A stretch of 64,000 nt of DNA, taken from positions 1,792,001 through 1,856,000 of the forward strand of contig OZ240241.1 in the NCBI GenBank assembly GCA_965198115.1. The letters are read 5' to 3'. Source of the DNA: Candidatus Latescibacterota bacterium (GTDB lineage: Bacteria; Latescibacterota; UBA2968). Shown one piece after another: positions 41,343 to 52,178 of the stretch. The notes under the pieces were generated by a model. The model ran no database searches. It worked only from the letters and a program-made list of their open reading frames with translations, and was not told where the DNA came from. Both the position numbers and the translations under genes were made by a program. Positions within the stretch are counted from its first letter, which is position 1. Each line of letters starts with the position of its first letter.

Positions 41343-42365
41343 TCAGGCCCTTTGGAGGCAGGTTTCGTAGATGCCGATCAACCGCCTGGCGATGACGGTT
41401 TCGTCCAGGGGCTCTGCTCTGCGCAGGCGCGCGTCTACGTCAGGATCGTTCATCACATCCGCGATCGCATCGGCGAACGCAGTGGGATCTCGTTTTACAA
41501 TCCGGCATCCGGGGAGCTCGGCAAGCTGGTGTCCGACGTCTCCCACCTCAACCGAAACCACGGGCCTTCCGCAGGCGAGGGCCTCCTTGATCACATTGGG
41601 GGACCCTTCACGATGCGAGGCGAACACCACGGCATCGGCCGCGTTCATGTAATAAGGTACCTTCTCCGCATTGACCCCAGTCAGTGCCAGAACGCGCACC
41701 GTCGTCCCCTTCTCGCGCAGGACGTCCACGGCGTCCGAGACCAGGTCGAAGCCCTTGTTCGGATCGTCGGGATTGCCGGGAAACAGCAGAACGGGCTGCT
41801 CGCCTGCGATTCCGAGGAACGCGCGCGCGTGCTGTGCCGCCATAGGTTTGAACAGATTCGTATTGACCCCGTTGGGAAGGACGACCGACTTGGGCCGGGA
41901 ATAATCCGGCAGCAGCAGCTCGAGATGGTGTGATTTCACGATCACCCGAGACGCCCTTCTCAGTGCCATCCTGACTGCGAGCCTTCGAAGCAGGTCGAGG
42001 GCCCCGCCCCTGCTGCCGGCCCCACCGAGTTCGTCCTCACCACAAACGGACACGACCAACGGAATCCGGCGGGTATTGGTCGCGGCATATAGAAACCCCA
42101 CGTAACTGTGGTGAGCGTGCACGATGTCTGGCGGCCTGACACCGAGCGCACGCCGGATCGCTCGCCAACCCGTCAGATACGCCGTCCTCGTCTTCTTTCC
42201 GTCGACAAACAGGAGGTCCGCCTCTGTACCCAGACACCGAAGCGAATCGATTTGACGTCTGACGAATATTCCGAACGAAGGACGACACGGATCGGGCAGC
42301 ATGTTCGTAATGTGCATAACGAAAAGGGGCCGCATCACTGCTCCATTCCAGTGTCCCACCGTCAA
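41343..42365 (-). CDS. Glycosyltransferase family 4
   Basis: DIVHAH, PNGV, EGSPNVIKEALACGRPVV. Confidence 0.92.
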   Translation of the reverse strand: MTVGHWNGAVMRPLFVMHITNMLPDPCRPSFGIFVRRQIDSLRCLGTEADLLFVDGKKTRTAYLTGWRAIRRALGVRPPDIVHAHHSYVGFLYAATNTRRIPLVVSVCGEDELGGAGSRGGALDLLRRLAVRMALRRASRVIVKSHHLELLLPDYSRPKSVVLPNGVNTNLFKPMAAQHARAFLGIAGEQPVLLFPGNPDDPNKGFDLVSDAVDVLREKGTTVRVLALTGVNAEKVPYYMNAADAVVFASHREGSPNVIKEALACGRPVVSVEVGDVGHQLAELPGCRIVKRDPTAFADAIADVMNDPDVDARLRRAEPLDETVIARRLIGIYETCLQRA

Positions 42366-43300
42366 CGGGCCCTCGAAAACCGGTTACCGATCACCCTGAG
42401 CGCCCTTCTCGGAAGCGTAAGGAGAATCAGGACGATCAGTCGAAGCCCGGTAGCCCATCGCAAGGCATCGACGATATTTTCCAGTCGAGCGAAATCGCGA
42501 GATTCGACAATCTCGCTCAACCTGCCTCCGATAACACCGTCCAGATGGGTCGCCGCCCGTCCTTCGAGAAACGTCTTGAGTTCCGGAGCTTCTTCGCGTG
42601 TGGCCCAGTCTCGATACATCATAAACAGTTCCGCGATGCCTTCGGCCCGCCGGCGGGTGATCTGTCCGCCGTGCGACCTGTACGAAGCAAGCGGTTCCCG
42701 TATCCCGGCGACTTCGAGGTCCCGCGACACCTGCAGGAACATGTCGTGGTCTTGAACGATCTGATATCGGCGCTCGGACCGGAGCCCTGGGACACGTCTG
42801 ATGACAACCGTGAGGCAGGGGGGACAGAAGTCCACGATCTCTTTGAAAGCGCGTCCTTGTGGAAACGAAAGGCGATTCCCGATCAGCAGACCGTATCTTT
42901 CCCCCGCCTCGTCCATACGGTAGGCGTCCGAGTAGACCAGCCCGATGCTGGCGTTCTCGAACAGGGGAACCTGCTTCTCGAGCTTGTGGGGCTCCCACGT
43001 ATCGTCCGAATCGCAGAACGCGATCAGCTCCCCGTTGGAACAGTCCAGTGCAACCTGCCGGGACGCGCCGGTTTTCAGGTTTCGTGCGTTCCGGTGATAC
43101 CGGATCCGATCATCTTCGCGGGCCAGCTCGGCCACGATCTTTGCCATATCGTCCTCCGAGCCGTCGTCCACGACCACGAGCTCCCAGTTCGCATACGTCT
43201 GGTCCCGCACGCTCCGTATGGCTTCGGCGACGAAGGCCTCCGAGTTGTAGCAGAGCATCTGAACGCTCACCAGCGGGTTGTCCGCTTTCTGCTCCGTCAC
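42362..43300 (-). CDS. Glycosyltransferase family 2
   Basis: PLVSV, YN, VVDDGSED, AFCDSDD.W.P.KLEKQ; GTG start inferred. Confidence 0.9.
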   Translation of the reverse strand: MTEQKADNPLVSVQMLCYNSEAFVAEAIRSVRDQTYANWELVVVDDGSEDDMAKIVAELAREDDRIRYHRNARNLKTGASRQVALDCSNGELIAFCDSDDTWEPHKLEKQVPLFENASIGLVYSDAYRMDEAGERYGLLIGNRLSFPQGRAFKEIVDFCPPCLTVVIRRVPGLRSERRYQIVQDHDMFLQVSRDLEVAGIREPLASYRSHGGQITRRRAEGIAELFMMYRDWATREEAPELKTFLEGRAATHLDGVIGGRLSEIVESRDFARLENIVDALRWATGLRLIVLILLTLPRRALRVIGNRFSRAR

Positions 43301-45057
43301 GCCAGAATACGTCCCAGGGCTTCCAGGTTCTGCGGCGTCAACGGCTCGAACCAGGTGGAGAGAATATCCTTCCCACGCCCTTCGAGCTTGCTCCTCCCTG
43401 CCGCGTCGAGCGTCATCGCGTTGTCGAGCGCCACGGCGACCTCGTCGGGACCGTAGGCCCACGATCCGACGCCCTCGTACCAGGCCAGAGGGTCGTACGG
43501 GGGCATGCAGTGGCTTCCGATCTGGATCACAGGGATCCCCAGGGCCGCAGCTTCCAGGGCAACCCCCGTCCCGGCCGATATCACGACCCTGGCCCGGGCC
43601 AGGATCCCCTCCGCCCGTTCGTCCGTCATCCTCAGACCAGCGTCTTCCCCCAGACGGGCGCTGAAAGCAGGATGCATTTTCCCCACCCAGTCCAGCTGTG
43701 GGAAGGCCTGAGTGAGGGGGGCGATGGTGTCGATCATCTCCAGCACCAGTGTGTCGAAGATCGGGAAGGCGACGAAGACGGTATCGTCTGGTTTGCGCGA
43801 AATCTCGTGCAGGTAGCTGTAGCGAAGGCCGCAGAATACTTTGGTTCGAATACGGCGATTGCTACCGGCACGGAAGATCTCCGAAGGCCGACTGCCGCTC
43901 GTCAACACGATTTGGGGAACGAGACCGGCCCGGCAGTGAGATTCGGCATAGATCGTACTCAGGCGGTTCGGAAAAAGCGGCACGTTCTGCAACCCGATTC
44001 GCCTAGCCAATGGAAAGCTGAGACTGAATCCGCGCAGCAGTCCCCGATCTGTGTTGTAGTTTTCCGACCAGGCGAGCAGCCGCTTAAATTCGAATCCGAG
44101 AGACCGAAGCCTCCTGGGCAGTCGACTGTAAAGGCTTACCGTGCGGGCCGGATTGAGGCCCCACTCGACCCGACGCTCTTCCAGCAACAGCGGTCTGATA
44201 TCAATACGATCCAGCCGCACGGGCGGGCAGGGCATCGCAACCAGCCTGAGCGCGTCCACCGCTGCGCCCACGAAGTCCGCAAACGCGAATAGCGACGGGG
44301 CGTGCAGGTAGGCCGAATCTGCTCCAACTCGGGTTGCCCGTCCGCGATCATCTTCGGCGTAGGACGGCATGATCGCGGCAGTGAGATCCTCTCTGGCGAA
44401 CCAATGCCGCATCCCGGGCAGATTCGCATCGATGTCCTGCGCCGTATCCGAACCGGGGGCCGGTCCCGGGGCGGTGACCAGCAGATCGTAAGACTTCCCC
44501 CTCGGCCTTTTGCGCGCCAGTTGGCCAAGTCCCCGGAACAGGAAACGCATCGTGCTCAGCAACGGCCGGAGCGCCCGCAAAACCAGCCCCTTGCGCAAGG
44601 ACCGAACCCGGTGATACGTCAGTCCCTTCTTGCGGAGCATCGCCTCTATGCAACGAATTAAGCCGCGCGACTCGGCGACGATCACTCCAGGACAATCGCC
44701 CTTCTGCAACAGACGATTCAGTACCTCCAGGTAGCAGACCCGGAAGAAGACAGGCGACCCGGCGGAGTTCGCTTCCGACACCTGCGTCAGCCACCACACC
44801 CGTTGATGTCCGAACCGGTCGGCTTGCTTCTCCAGGAGCGCCCGGAAGGCTGGCCGGACGCCTTCTGCGGCCTCGGCGAGCGGCCGGCCGCTCGCGACCC
44901 TGCCGTCACCACCCAGACAGTCTTCCCAGGACTTTGCCGCCTCGACATTCGAGCCCAAAAAGACCCACTTCTTCCCGGCCAGTGCCCCTGCCGCTCTGGA
45001 CGGTCCGTCCAAGCTCAGCGCAATATGGACGAGGCATGGTCTGCTCGGCCTGGTCAC
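43297..45057 (-). CDS. Hypothetical surface-carbohydrate biosynthesis protein (GT-B-like C-terminus)
   Basis: EN...IGLQ, GLRY, KMHP, TGVALEAAALGIPV. Confidence 0.6.
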   Translation of the reverse strand: MTRPSRPCLVHIALSLDGPSRAAGALAGKKWVFLGSNVEAAKSWEDCLGGDGRVASGRPLAEAAEGVRPAFRALLEKQADRFGHQRVWWLTQVSEANSAGSPVFFRVCYLEVLNRLLQKGDCPGVIVAESRGLIRCIEAMLRKKGLTYHRVRSLRKGLVLRALRPLLSTMRFLFRGLGQLARKRPRGKSYDLLVTAPGPAPGSDTAQDIDANLPGMRHWFAREDLTAAIMPSYAEDDRGRATRVGADSAYLHAPSLFAFADFVGAAVDALRLVAMPCPPVRLDRIDIRPLLLEERRVEWGLNPARTVSLYSRLPRRLRSLGFEFKRLLAWSENYNTDRGLLRGFSLSFPLARRIGLQNVPLFPNRLSTIYAESHCRAGLVPQIVLTSGSRPSEIFRAGSNRRIRTKVFCGLRYSYLHEISRKPDDTVFVAFPIFDTLVLEMIDTIAPLTQAFPQLDWVGKMHPAFSARLGEDAGLRMTDERAEGILARARVVISAGTGVALEAAALGIPVIQIGSHCMPPYDPLAWYEGVGSWAYGPDEVAVALDNAMTLDAAGRSKLEGRGKDILSTWFEPLTPQNLEALGRILA

Positions 45058-45099
45058 GGGCTGACCAGGAGGCCTGGCCCCCCAGACAGTAGGCTCATG

Positions 45100-45891
45100 T
45101 CAGTCCCCGCCGGCAACGGTGAAGACCTCACCCGTAATGAAATCGCCTGCACTAGAAAGAAGGTAGGCCACCATTCTGGCAACATCTTGCGGCTGCCCCA
45201 TTCTGCGAAGCGGTATCAGCTGTACCCGCGCATCCATGTCTTCCTTCGGATAGTCGTCGTGAAAAGCGGTGTCGATCACGCCGGGACGAATGGCGTTCGC
45301 CAGGACATTTCGCTTCGCGCCTTCCTTGGCCAATCCCTTCGTGAACAGCTCGAGAGCCGACTTTGATGCGGCATAGTGCAACGTGGAAGCCGAGCCGGCA
45401 TACTTCACTCCCACCGAGCTGATGTTGATGATCCTACCTCCCTCGGGGGCCTTCATGTGACGCAAGGCGGCCTGGGTGAGCAGGACGGGAGCGAAGAAGT
45501 TGAGCTGCATGGTCTGTCGCCACACCTCGATGGGCAGTTCAGCGAAGGACCTTCTTGCGAACATGTCCCCTGCGTTATTCACGAGCGCATCGATCCCACC
45601 GAATCGTTCCACGAATCCAGATACGAGGGGCTCCGCGGAACCTTCGTCCAGAAGGTCGGCCTCGAAACGTTTGGCGCTGAGCCCCACATCTGCTAGGCGT
45701 TCACACAGAGCTTCTGCCTCTCGCCCGGATCTGCAATAGTGGACCCCAACTGAGGCACCCGCCTCCGCGAGCTCTTCAGTGATCGATGCGCCGATGCCCC
45801 TGGCCGCACCGGTCACAAGGACCCTTTTGCCTTCAAGCCCTTGCCGGCGCCTTCCCCCTGGCGATATCCTGTTCACCTTCTTCCGTGCCAA
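45100..45891 (-). CDS. Short-chain dehydrogenase/reductase
   Basis: VTGAARGIG, LVNNAG, YAASK, ITGEVFTVAGG. Confidence 0.93.
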   Translation of the reverse strand: MARKKVNRISPGGRRRQGLEGKRVLVTGAARGIGASITEELAEAGASVGVHYCRSGREAEALCERLADVGLSAKRFEADLLDEGSAEPLVSGFVERFGGIDALVNNAGDMFARRSFAELPIEVWRQTMQLNFFAPVLLTQAALRHMKAPEGGRIINISSVGVKYAGSASTLHYAASKSALELFTKGLAKEGAKRNVLANAIRPGVIDTAFHDDYPKEDMDARVQLIPLRRMGQPQDVARMVAYLLSSAGDFITGEVFTVAGGD

Positions 45892-45984
45892 TCCACTCCC
45901 CTCAGGCGCTGCATGTCGCGGACCTCATCTAGATGCTCACCAGCGGACCCGAAACCGTTCTCCTTGGACCAAGAATCTAAGCGG

Positions 45985-47052
45985 TCACAGCCCTCTCGGC
46001 ACTCTTCGGACGCATATCCATATGTCTCTTGCACCGCGCCTGGCGTGGAAGACAACGAAATGAAAGGCCGCGCGTATCACATCGGCTGCCAGGTTTACCT
46101 TCAGATTGGTCTTCTCCGCGAAACCGAACAGATGGGCAATGGCCGCCACTCGGGCTTTGCTGGAGCCGTTGCTTCCTGGGAGTTCGGATGAATTCATCCT
46201 CGGCTGAAGCGCCAGCATATACGTTGTTTCGTATGTCTTTCGGAAAGTAGCTCGGGCCGTCTGCCCATCCCAGCCAATTGGTGCTGTCAGATCCAAGAAT
46301 CTCCAGATGCGATCCATCTCATCCTCGGGGCTGCTCACCAGCCTTTCATATCTGACGACAAGGCTACGCTTCGCTGGCAGATTGTGGGCCGCACATAGGG
46401 CCGCCCGATATTCCCTGATCGCCTCGAATACCGGGAATGCAAAGGTTCTGTGCATTGACCATATCGTATCTACCGCGTTTCGCGTAATGTGTACAAAACG
46501 TGCCCGGGGATACCACGCCATCAGGTCTTTCAAGAAATACAAATGGCGAGGCGACTTCTCCAACCACACCTCTTGGGGGGAATGCTTATGTTCCGCCGCT
46601 TTGACGTTGTACATAAGCAAGTTGAGAAGCAAACCGGGGTCCAGGCCACCTACCTTTACCATCGTGACAATGACCTCACGAAAGCCCTCTTCCAATTCGA
46701 AGCCCAGATTCCCCTCGATTCTCGAGAGTACCATTTCCACCTCGACCAGAGAAATCCTCCTCAGGCGGTCCTGACGGGTGATCGGGTATTGCTCTCGGTA
46801 TGTGAGCGGTTCCCAAGGAACCAGCGTAGATTGGAACAGCTTTGTCTCTGGCAAAGTGACAACGGCGGGATGGGATGCAATCAGTGACTGCAACCACGTT
46901 GTTCCTGACCGGGGAACCCCTAATACGAAGACAGGGGCGATGCAGGTCTTCAACGAAATGCCCCGGCGGAAAGCGAGGTCGACCACTTCCATCGGAGGCA
47001 CGGAAGATCTGCGAATCCTGCCGCTATGTTGCCCGGACGCAATGGGTTGCAT
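45985..47052 (-). CDS. Sulfotransferase family protein
   Basis: GVPRSGTTWL, EKSPRH, ITRN..D...S, VRYE.LV; start uncertain. Confidence 0.85.
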   Translation of the reverse strand: MQPIASGQHSGRIRRSSVPPMEVVDLAFRRGISLKTCIAPVFVLGVPRSGTTWLQSLIASHPAVVTLPETKLFQSTLVPWEPLTYREQYPITRQDRLRRISLVEVEMVLSRIEGNLGFELEEGFREVIVTMVKVGGLDPGLLLNLLMYNVKAAEHKHSPQEVWLEKSPRHLYFLKDLMAWYPRARFVHITRNAVDTIWSMHRTFAFPVFEAIREYRAALCAAHNLPAKRSLVVRYERLVSSPEDEMDRIWRFLDLTAPIGWDGQTARATFRKTYETTYMLALQPRMNSSELPGSNGSSKARVAAIAHLFGFAEKTNLKVNLAADVIRAAFHFVVFHARRGARDIWICVRRVPRGL

Positions 47053-47462
47053 ATTCCTACTATCCAAACCACAGAGGAAGTAATTCCAGCGTGCAGGGGC
47101 TAGTTCGATTACGCAGAGTGAGAAGAACCCCACGCAGAACCCCTCGGGTCTCTCTGAGAGTAGCTTTCCTTGCCATCGACCGATTCCTACAGACCTTGTA
47201 TGTCATAGCATGAAAGCGTTCTACAGTCGGCAAACTCAACTCGTGGTGATTTTCGGTAACGAATAGTCGTAGCTCGGATAGCTGTTCCTCAGATGCCGGA
47301 GATCTTCAATCTGCATGGACGGTATTCTCGCGCATGACCCCGTAACCAGGTCCACTCCCGGTTACGATGCCCGAAAGGTCGAATGGCGGAGTCCGCCGTG
47401 AACATAGTTTGAACCGGCGCAGAAACAGGGTTGCGTACCGTCTGTCGCACAGGGCAATGCTG

Positions 47463-47999
47463 CCGAACCAGAGCGTCTGGGCGACATCCCACCACGTCTA
47501 CTTCGGGAATCCGATGATGAGGTTCGTCCTGAGCGTGCTCCCTTGCCGCTCGGCCTCGAGGATCGACTCCACGAATTCAGGTAGGTGGATCAGTTTCTTG
47601 ATCTTCTGAAGCGTCCGCTCGGATCCACTCTCAGGCACGTAGACCAGATACTCGCATCCGGTCTCCCTCAGCAGGCTCAGAATCTCCTCGTCGAGGACCT
47701 CGCTTCGCGTACCCGTGGGCAGAGACCAGGAGAGGTCGAATTTCTCTCTCTCAGCAGTCTCTGGAGGAATGCGAGACCCACTTCCCGTTCACGATGGCGG
47801 TCAGGTCGTACAGCTGCAGGCTCGTGATGTCGTACCGGTCGATGTAGCACTTGATCTCGGCCCTCACATCGTCGATGTCTCGGAGATGGTAGGTCCTGCC
47901 ATACATGAAGGGCTGGAACAGAACGTGCACTCGTAGGGGCAGCCTCGCGACACCAGGAAAGGCACGTCTCTTCCCGTCGAGATGCCGAGCGCCTTCCCC
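47463..47999 (-). pseudogene. Decayed internal fragment of a paralog of the B12 radical SAM gene (matches 57120-57655)
   Basis: Colinear direct repeat with many third-position differences and indels; SRGCPYECTFC and DITSLQLYDL recognisable. Confidence 0.85.
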
Positions 48000-48035
48000 A
48001 CGCCCGGGGGCGGCCGCCCCAGCCCCTACAAGCAC

Positions 48036-48105
48036 CTCAGCGATCGAGGCGCCGATTCCTCTTCCCGCGCCTGTTACAAGGACCCTCTTGCCCCCTCAAG
48101 TCCTT
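48036..48105 (-). pseudogene. N-terminal fragment of an SDR paralog (matches about 45780-45840)
   Basis: Encodes GKRVLVTGAGRGIGASIAEV. Confidence 0.7.
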
Positions 48106-48316
48106 CGGTCATGTGCAATCCTCACCCGGAAGTCAAACCAGTCCCGGACCCGCGGGGGGAGAGCCGCCAGTATCGGGAATCCAACGCCGTAAGCCTAAAG
48201 ACTTCTCATGTCGTAGACTCGGAACCGATCACCCTCGAACATGAGTGGCAATTCAAGATCGTGTTGGTTCTCCGTCACGAAGTAGTCGTAGCCGGGGTAA
48301 TCCATCCTGAGTCTCT

Positions 48317-50052
48317 TCAGATGAACGAGGCGTAGCGAAAGGTATTTCTCCTCACGCGGTATCCAGCCCCACCGCCGGTGACGACGCCGGGAAGGTCGAA
48401 GTAACTCAGGCCCCGGTGAACGCCTGGGAAGCGAGCCAGGAAAACGGTCGCGTACTTCCTGCTGTACACGGCCATGCTGCCGTCGAATCTCTCGGCAAGG
48501 AACTCCTGCCGCTCACTCAGCGTTCGGAACTCCTTCAGGTAGGATGGCGCTACGAAGGCGGCCTGTCGGCGTGTGTTCTCGCGCACCCAATTGCAGACCT
48601 GGAGGAAGCTCGCGTAGGAAATCCGGTCCTCGCCCGCTCCTTCATCATACAGGTACTCCGAGTCGAGGCCCTTCGCCGCGTAGAAGCTGTGAGCGGGCTG
48701 ACGGTTCCAGTTCAGATAGGCGCGGGCCTCGCCGATTCTCACCCCAAGCTTCTCATCCATCCACGCCGAATCCCATCCTGTGAGCGGCCTCGAAGCGGAC
48801 CACCCCAGCACGCACACGAGGAACAGGCCGAGAAGCCCTCAGCCCATCACTTCATCGGTGCGCCCGGGGGGCCATGCCTTGCCCAGCAGCCCCTCGGCCC
48901 GCGATAGCGTACCCATCAGCAAGGACGCGATGCCGAGTGCAACAACCGGTACGTAGAAGAAAGCCGAAACCGTGAGCACGATCTTCAGCATGAGTGGAAT
49001 CAGCACATCATTCACCGCGTCCGGCAGGTAGGGCATCAGACCCGCTTCCCAGGCCATCGTGAATGCACCGAGAATCCACGGGGCTGCCAGGAACGGAACG
49101 ATCAACGGGTGTCTCAGTGGTGAGCTCAGGGCAGGCCACGCGGATCCGGAGCGCCGTGCCGCATATACGATGATTGTTGCCACAACCGCCGCCACCAACT
49201 CCTTGCGGAAGTATCCATTGTCGATCAGCCAGAGCAGTGATGTGTCATCCGGTTCGTTCTTGATGCAGAAGCGCCAAAACTCGCGATGGAGATCGGCGTC
49301 ACCTCCGCGAGGAGTCCCAACATCGACGCGACGTAGGGAACCATGCCGAGCCCGAAAGGTGCTGCAAACCGAAGCAAGCTCTTTACGCGCGAAATGCGTT
49401 GGTCTGAATCATTCCACGCGTAGATCGTGTATAGTCGCAGGGCCGTGGAGAACGCCAGCATCGTTGCCAGCATGTTCTTCGGATGAATGTAGAAGGCGAT
49501 CACCATCAAGACGGAACTCGTCAGCGGCCTACCCCGAAAGAGAAACGCGCTGCTGACCAGAACCAGAGCCATCGAGGCCTGGCGGAAACTGAGGTAAAGC
49601 GGGGAACGGATTTCGTGTGCCATCAGCCCGAGTGGGGTCGTCACGAAAAACATCAGCATTCCGATTGCACACGCCGTGTATGATCGCGTAATCGTCCAGC
49701 ATAGAAACACCAGTCCCGCGGAGATGGCGAGCTTGATGAGTATGCCACCCACAAGGTGGACGCCTGGCACGTGGAAAAGCTCGGCAACGGCTACAAGGAG
49801 AGCCGACGCTGTCGCCGGAAGGAATTCCGACATCAAAGGATCAACGTCATAGAGACCCTGGTTTTCGATCGCAATACTCACGGGCAGGTAGTAGACGAGC
49901 GATGCACCTGCACCGACGCCGCATCTCAGAACGCTGACAGCAGACGCCAACACCCACAGAAGGACGAGTCTGCCGTTGATCAATAGCGATAGGGGCGCGA
50001 ACAACAAGAGGACCTCGGAGTGTGGAAACCACCTAAACCCGAAGGAGGGCAA
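48317..50052 (-). pseudogene. Large integral membrane protein in three frames (possible GT-C-type glycosyltransferase)
   Basis: Consecutive hydrophobic ORFs 49225-50052, 48839-49198 and 48317-48817; FYIHP and C-terminal WVRENT...FRTLSER motifs. Confidence 0.55.
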
Positions 50053-50062
50053 CCTGTCAAAG

Positions 50063-50983
50063 TTAGCCGTTTGGCGTGAGCGTCCGTTCTGATTGCATCG
50101 ATAGCAGGCGGGGATTCAGAAGCCTTCCCGCCAGGGAAACGGCGGACGACAGGATTAGCACGACGGCAACGGAGGTGAAGCCGCTCAGCAGCGCCCCGAC
50201 GCTCGCGAGGGGAAGCGCGATTCTCTGAACGCGGAAATGCGAGCCGAGCGTGAGATCCACGACGATCAGGGGCACCGCGACAACCAACGCGATTGAACCG
50301 TGGACGAGGCTCTCAGACGATGGGATTTGGTCGGCCATCACCACCAGAGTCTGCCCCGCCACAGCAGCGGCGGCGAGCACGCGGAACCTACGAAGGAACG
50401 CATTGGGGTCCAGAAACTGGGCGACGATGTTCCAGGTTCCCATCACGAAGCCCATTGCCGGGAGTCCGAGAGCGGCAAACCCGGCCACGCAGACGACGGA
50501 CAGCAACCGGCCCAGAAAAGGGACGTATTCGACCGCAAGCACGATCAGGAGCACCCCGGCCAAGTTCCAGGCCCGGTCGCCGACCACCGCCGCCAAGGCG
50601 CAAACGAGGACGCACCACAGCAGGGATAGCGCCTCCTCGCGAGGCCACGAACGCTTCGGGGCGTCGAAGACCCGAAGGTCGTCATCCAGACCGAGGGCTT
50701 CGAGCGCAAACACCCGGGCCTGATTGCGGTTGTTCTCGTCGATCTGACCGTCTGCTCCGGTCGCGTCGGCCGTGTCCCCCCTCTCGTAGAAGCTGAACGA
50801 CGACCGCGGTATCGCTTTCTCGAACGTTCTGCCTTTCCGCTGCCAGCCGAGCGTGTAGGCGTCGCGATTCCGGTCGATTGTCAGGGACTCCGCGACCTCG
50901 CGGTAGACCGCTTCGGGGACCAGCTTTCGGACGACCCACATCTGCCGGAGCAGAAGAATTTCGAGCGCAAGCCCCAGATTCAC
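50063..50983 (-). CDS. Hypothetical membrane protein
   Basis: GTG start overlapping the radical SAM stop; hydrophobic C-terminal half. Confidence 0.6.
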   Translation of the reverse strand: MNLGLALEILLLRQMWVVRKLVPEAVYREVAESLTIDRNRDAYTLGWQRKGRTFEKAIPRSSFSFYERGDTADATGADGQIDENNRNQARVFALEALGLDDDLRVFDAPKRSWPREEALSLLWCVLVCALAAVVGDRAWNLAGVLLIVLAVEYVPFLGRLLSVVCVAGFAALGLPAMGFVMGTWNIVAQFLDPNAFLRRFRVLAAAAVAGQTLVVMADQIPSSESLVHGSIALVVAVPLIVVDLTLGSHFRVQRIALPLASVGALLSGFTSVAVVLILSSAVSLAGRLLNPRLLSMQSERTLTPNG

Positions 50984-52178
50984 GCCGTCACCTTCAACGG
51001 AACGATGGCTTCCTGCCGGTCGACTGAATTCCGTTCGTGGATTGCGGCGGCACAGCGAATCATCTCTTCCGCCGACATCCGCTTCAGGAGGTTTTCCGTT
51101 TCCATGGTGAAGAATCGGAAGCGCCTGAACTGGCTCTGCAGGTAGCGGGCCGTAACGGTGATCTCGGGATAGCTTCCGTACATACAGCCCGCGCAGCTCC
51201 GCGTGTACCGGTAAACGGAGTCGTGAATCCGGCCGGAACGGTACCAGGACGGGAAACCGCTGTCGTAGATCGGAAACGGTTCGTCCATCTTGAAGTCGCA
51301 GCACGGTTTGAGGTTGCCGTTCGGCTCGATCGCAAAGTAGAGATTGGGCGAGTCGCAGACGTCGTTGTTGCGGCTTCGCCATTTGAGGGGAGCACCCACA
51401 ATAAAGCGATAGACGTCTTCCAGATATTCGTCGGAATCGTAGACGTTGTATCCATCCCGCCGCATTTCTTTGACTTCATCGACGACACGCCGAACGTGGG
51501 GATAGCTCTCCTCTGGAAAGCGGCACCGTTTGTCCGATCGAACGTCCTGAACCCCTGCGGGCGGTCCGGCGTGCTCGTGTGGGCGGGTACCAGTGAAACG
51601 CCCCAACCGATCTCCGTGGCGAACTCGATCACGTCCCGAATGTGGAACAGGTTTCGCGGCATGAGCACCGTCCCGAAAAACGCCGTGCCGTTCGACGGAA
51701 AGATCTCGTTGACGTTGGAGATCGTCTCGATCGCTCCTTCCCAGGAAGCCTTGTAGCCCCCGTTGATCTGATCCTGTGTCGCCCCGTCCAGGCTGTCCAA
51801 CGAGATGCTGATGTCGTGGGCGCCCGCTTCCACGCACCCCCTGAGGGCTTCGGGAGTGGCCAACCCGTTCGTTTGCAGGCGCACGTGGATGTCCACGTCA
51901 TCAAATGCCTTTACGATGTCCGGAAGATCCCGCCTGACGAACGGCTCTCCGCCGATCAGGAGAACGATACACACGCCGATCTCCGCGAGGTTGGCCGCCA
52001 TCGCCCGGATCTGCTCGATGTTCATCTCCTCAACATCCGCATTGCTGTAGATGATGCTGCACTGTTCGCAGGCCAGATTGCAGCGGGCCGTGATGTAGTA
52101 CTGAACGTAGGCCGGGCTCGTCTTGGTGAAGAGGCTGCGCGCCAGCTTCAGCTTCTGTTTTGGTGAGAAGTAGCTCAT
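50980..52178 (-). pseudogene. Radical SAM protein with SPASM/twitch domain, frameshift near 51525
   Basis: CNLACEQC, GGEPF, TNG, ISLD; C-terminal CDSP...PCC...CAGC in a second frame. Confidence 0.87.
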
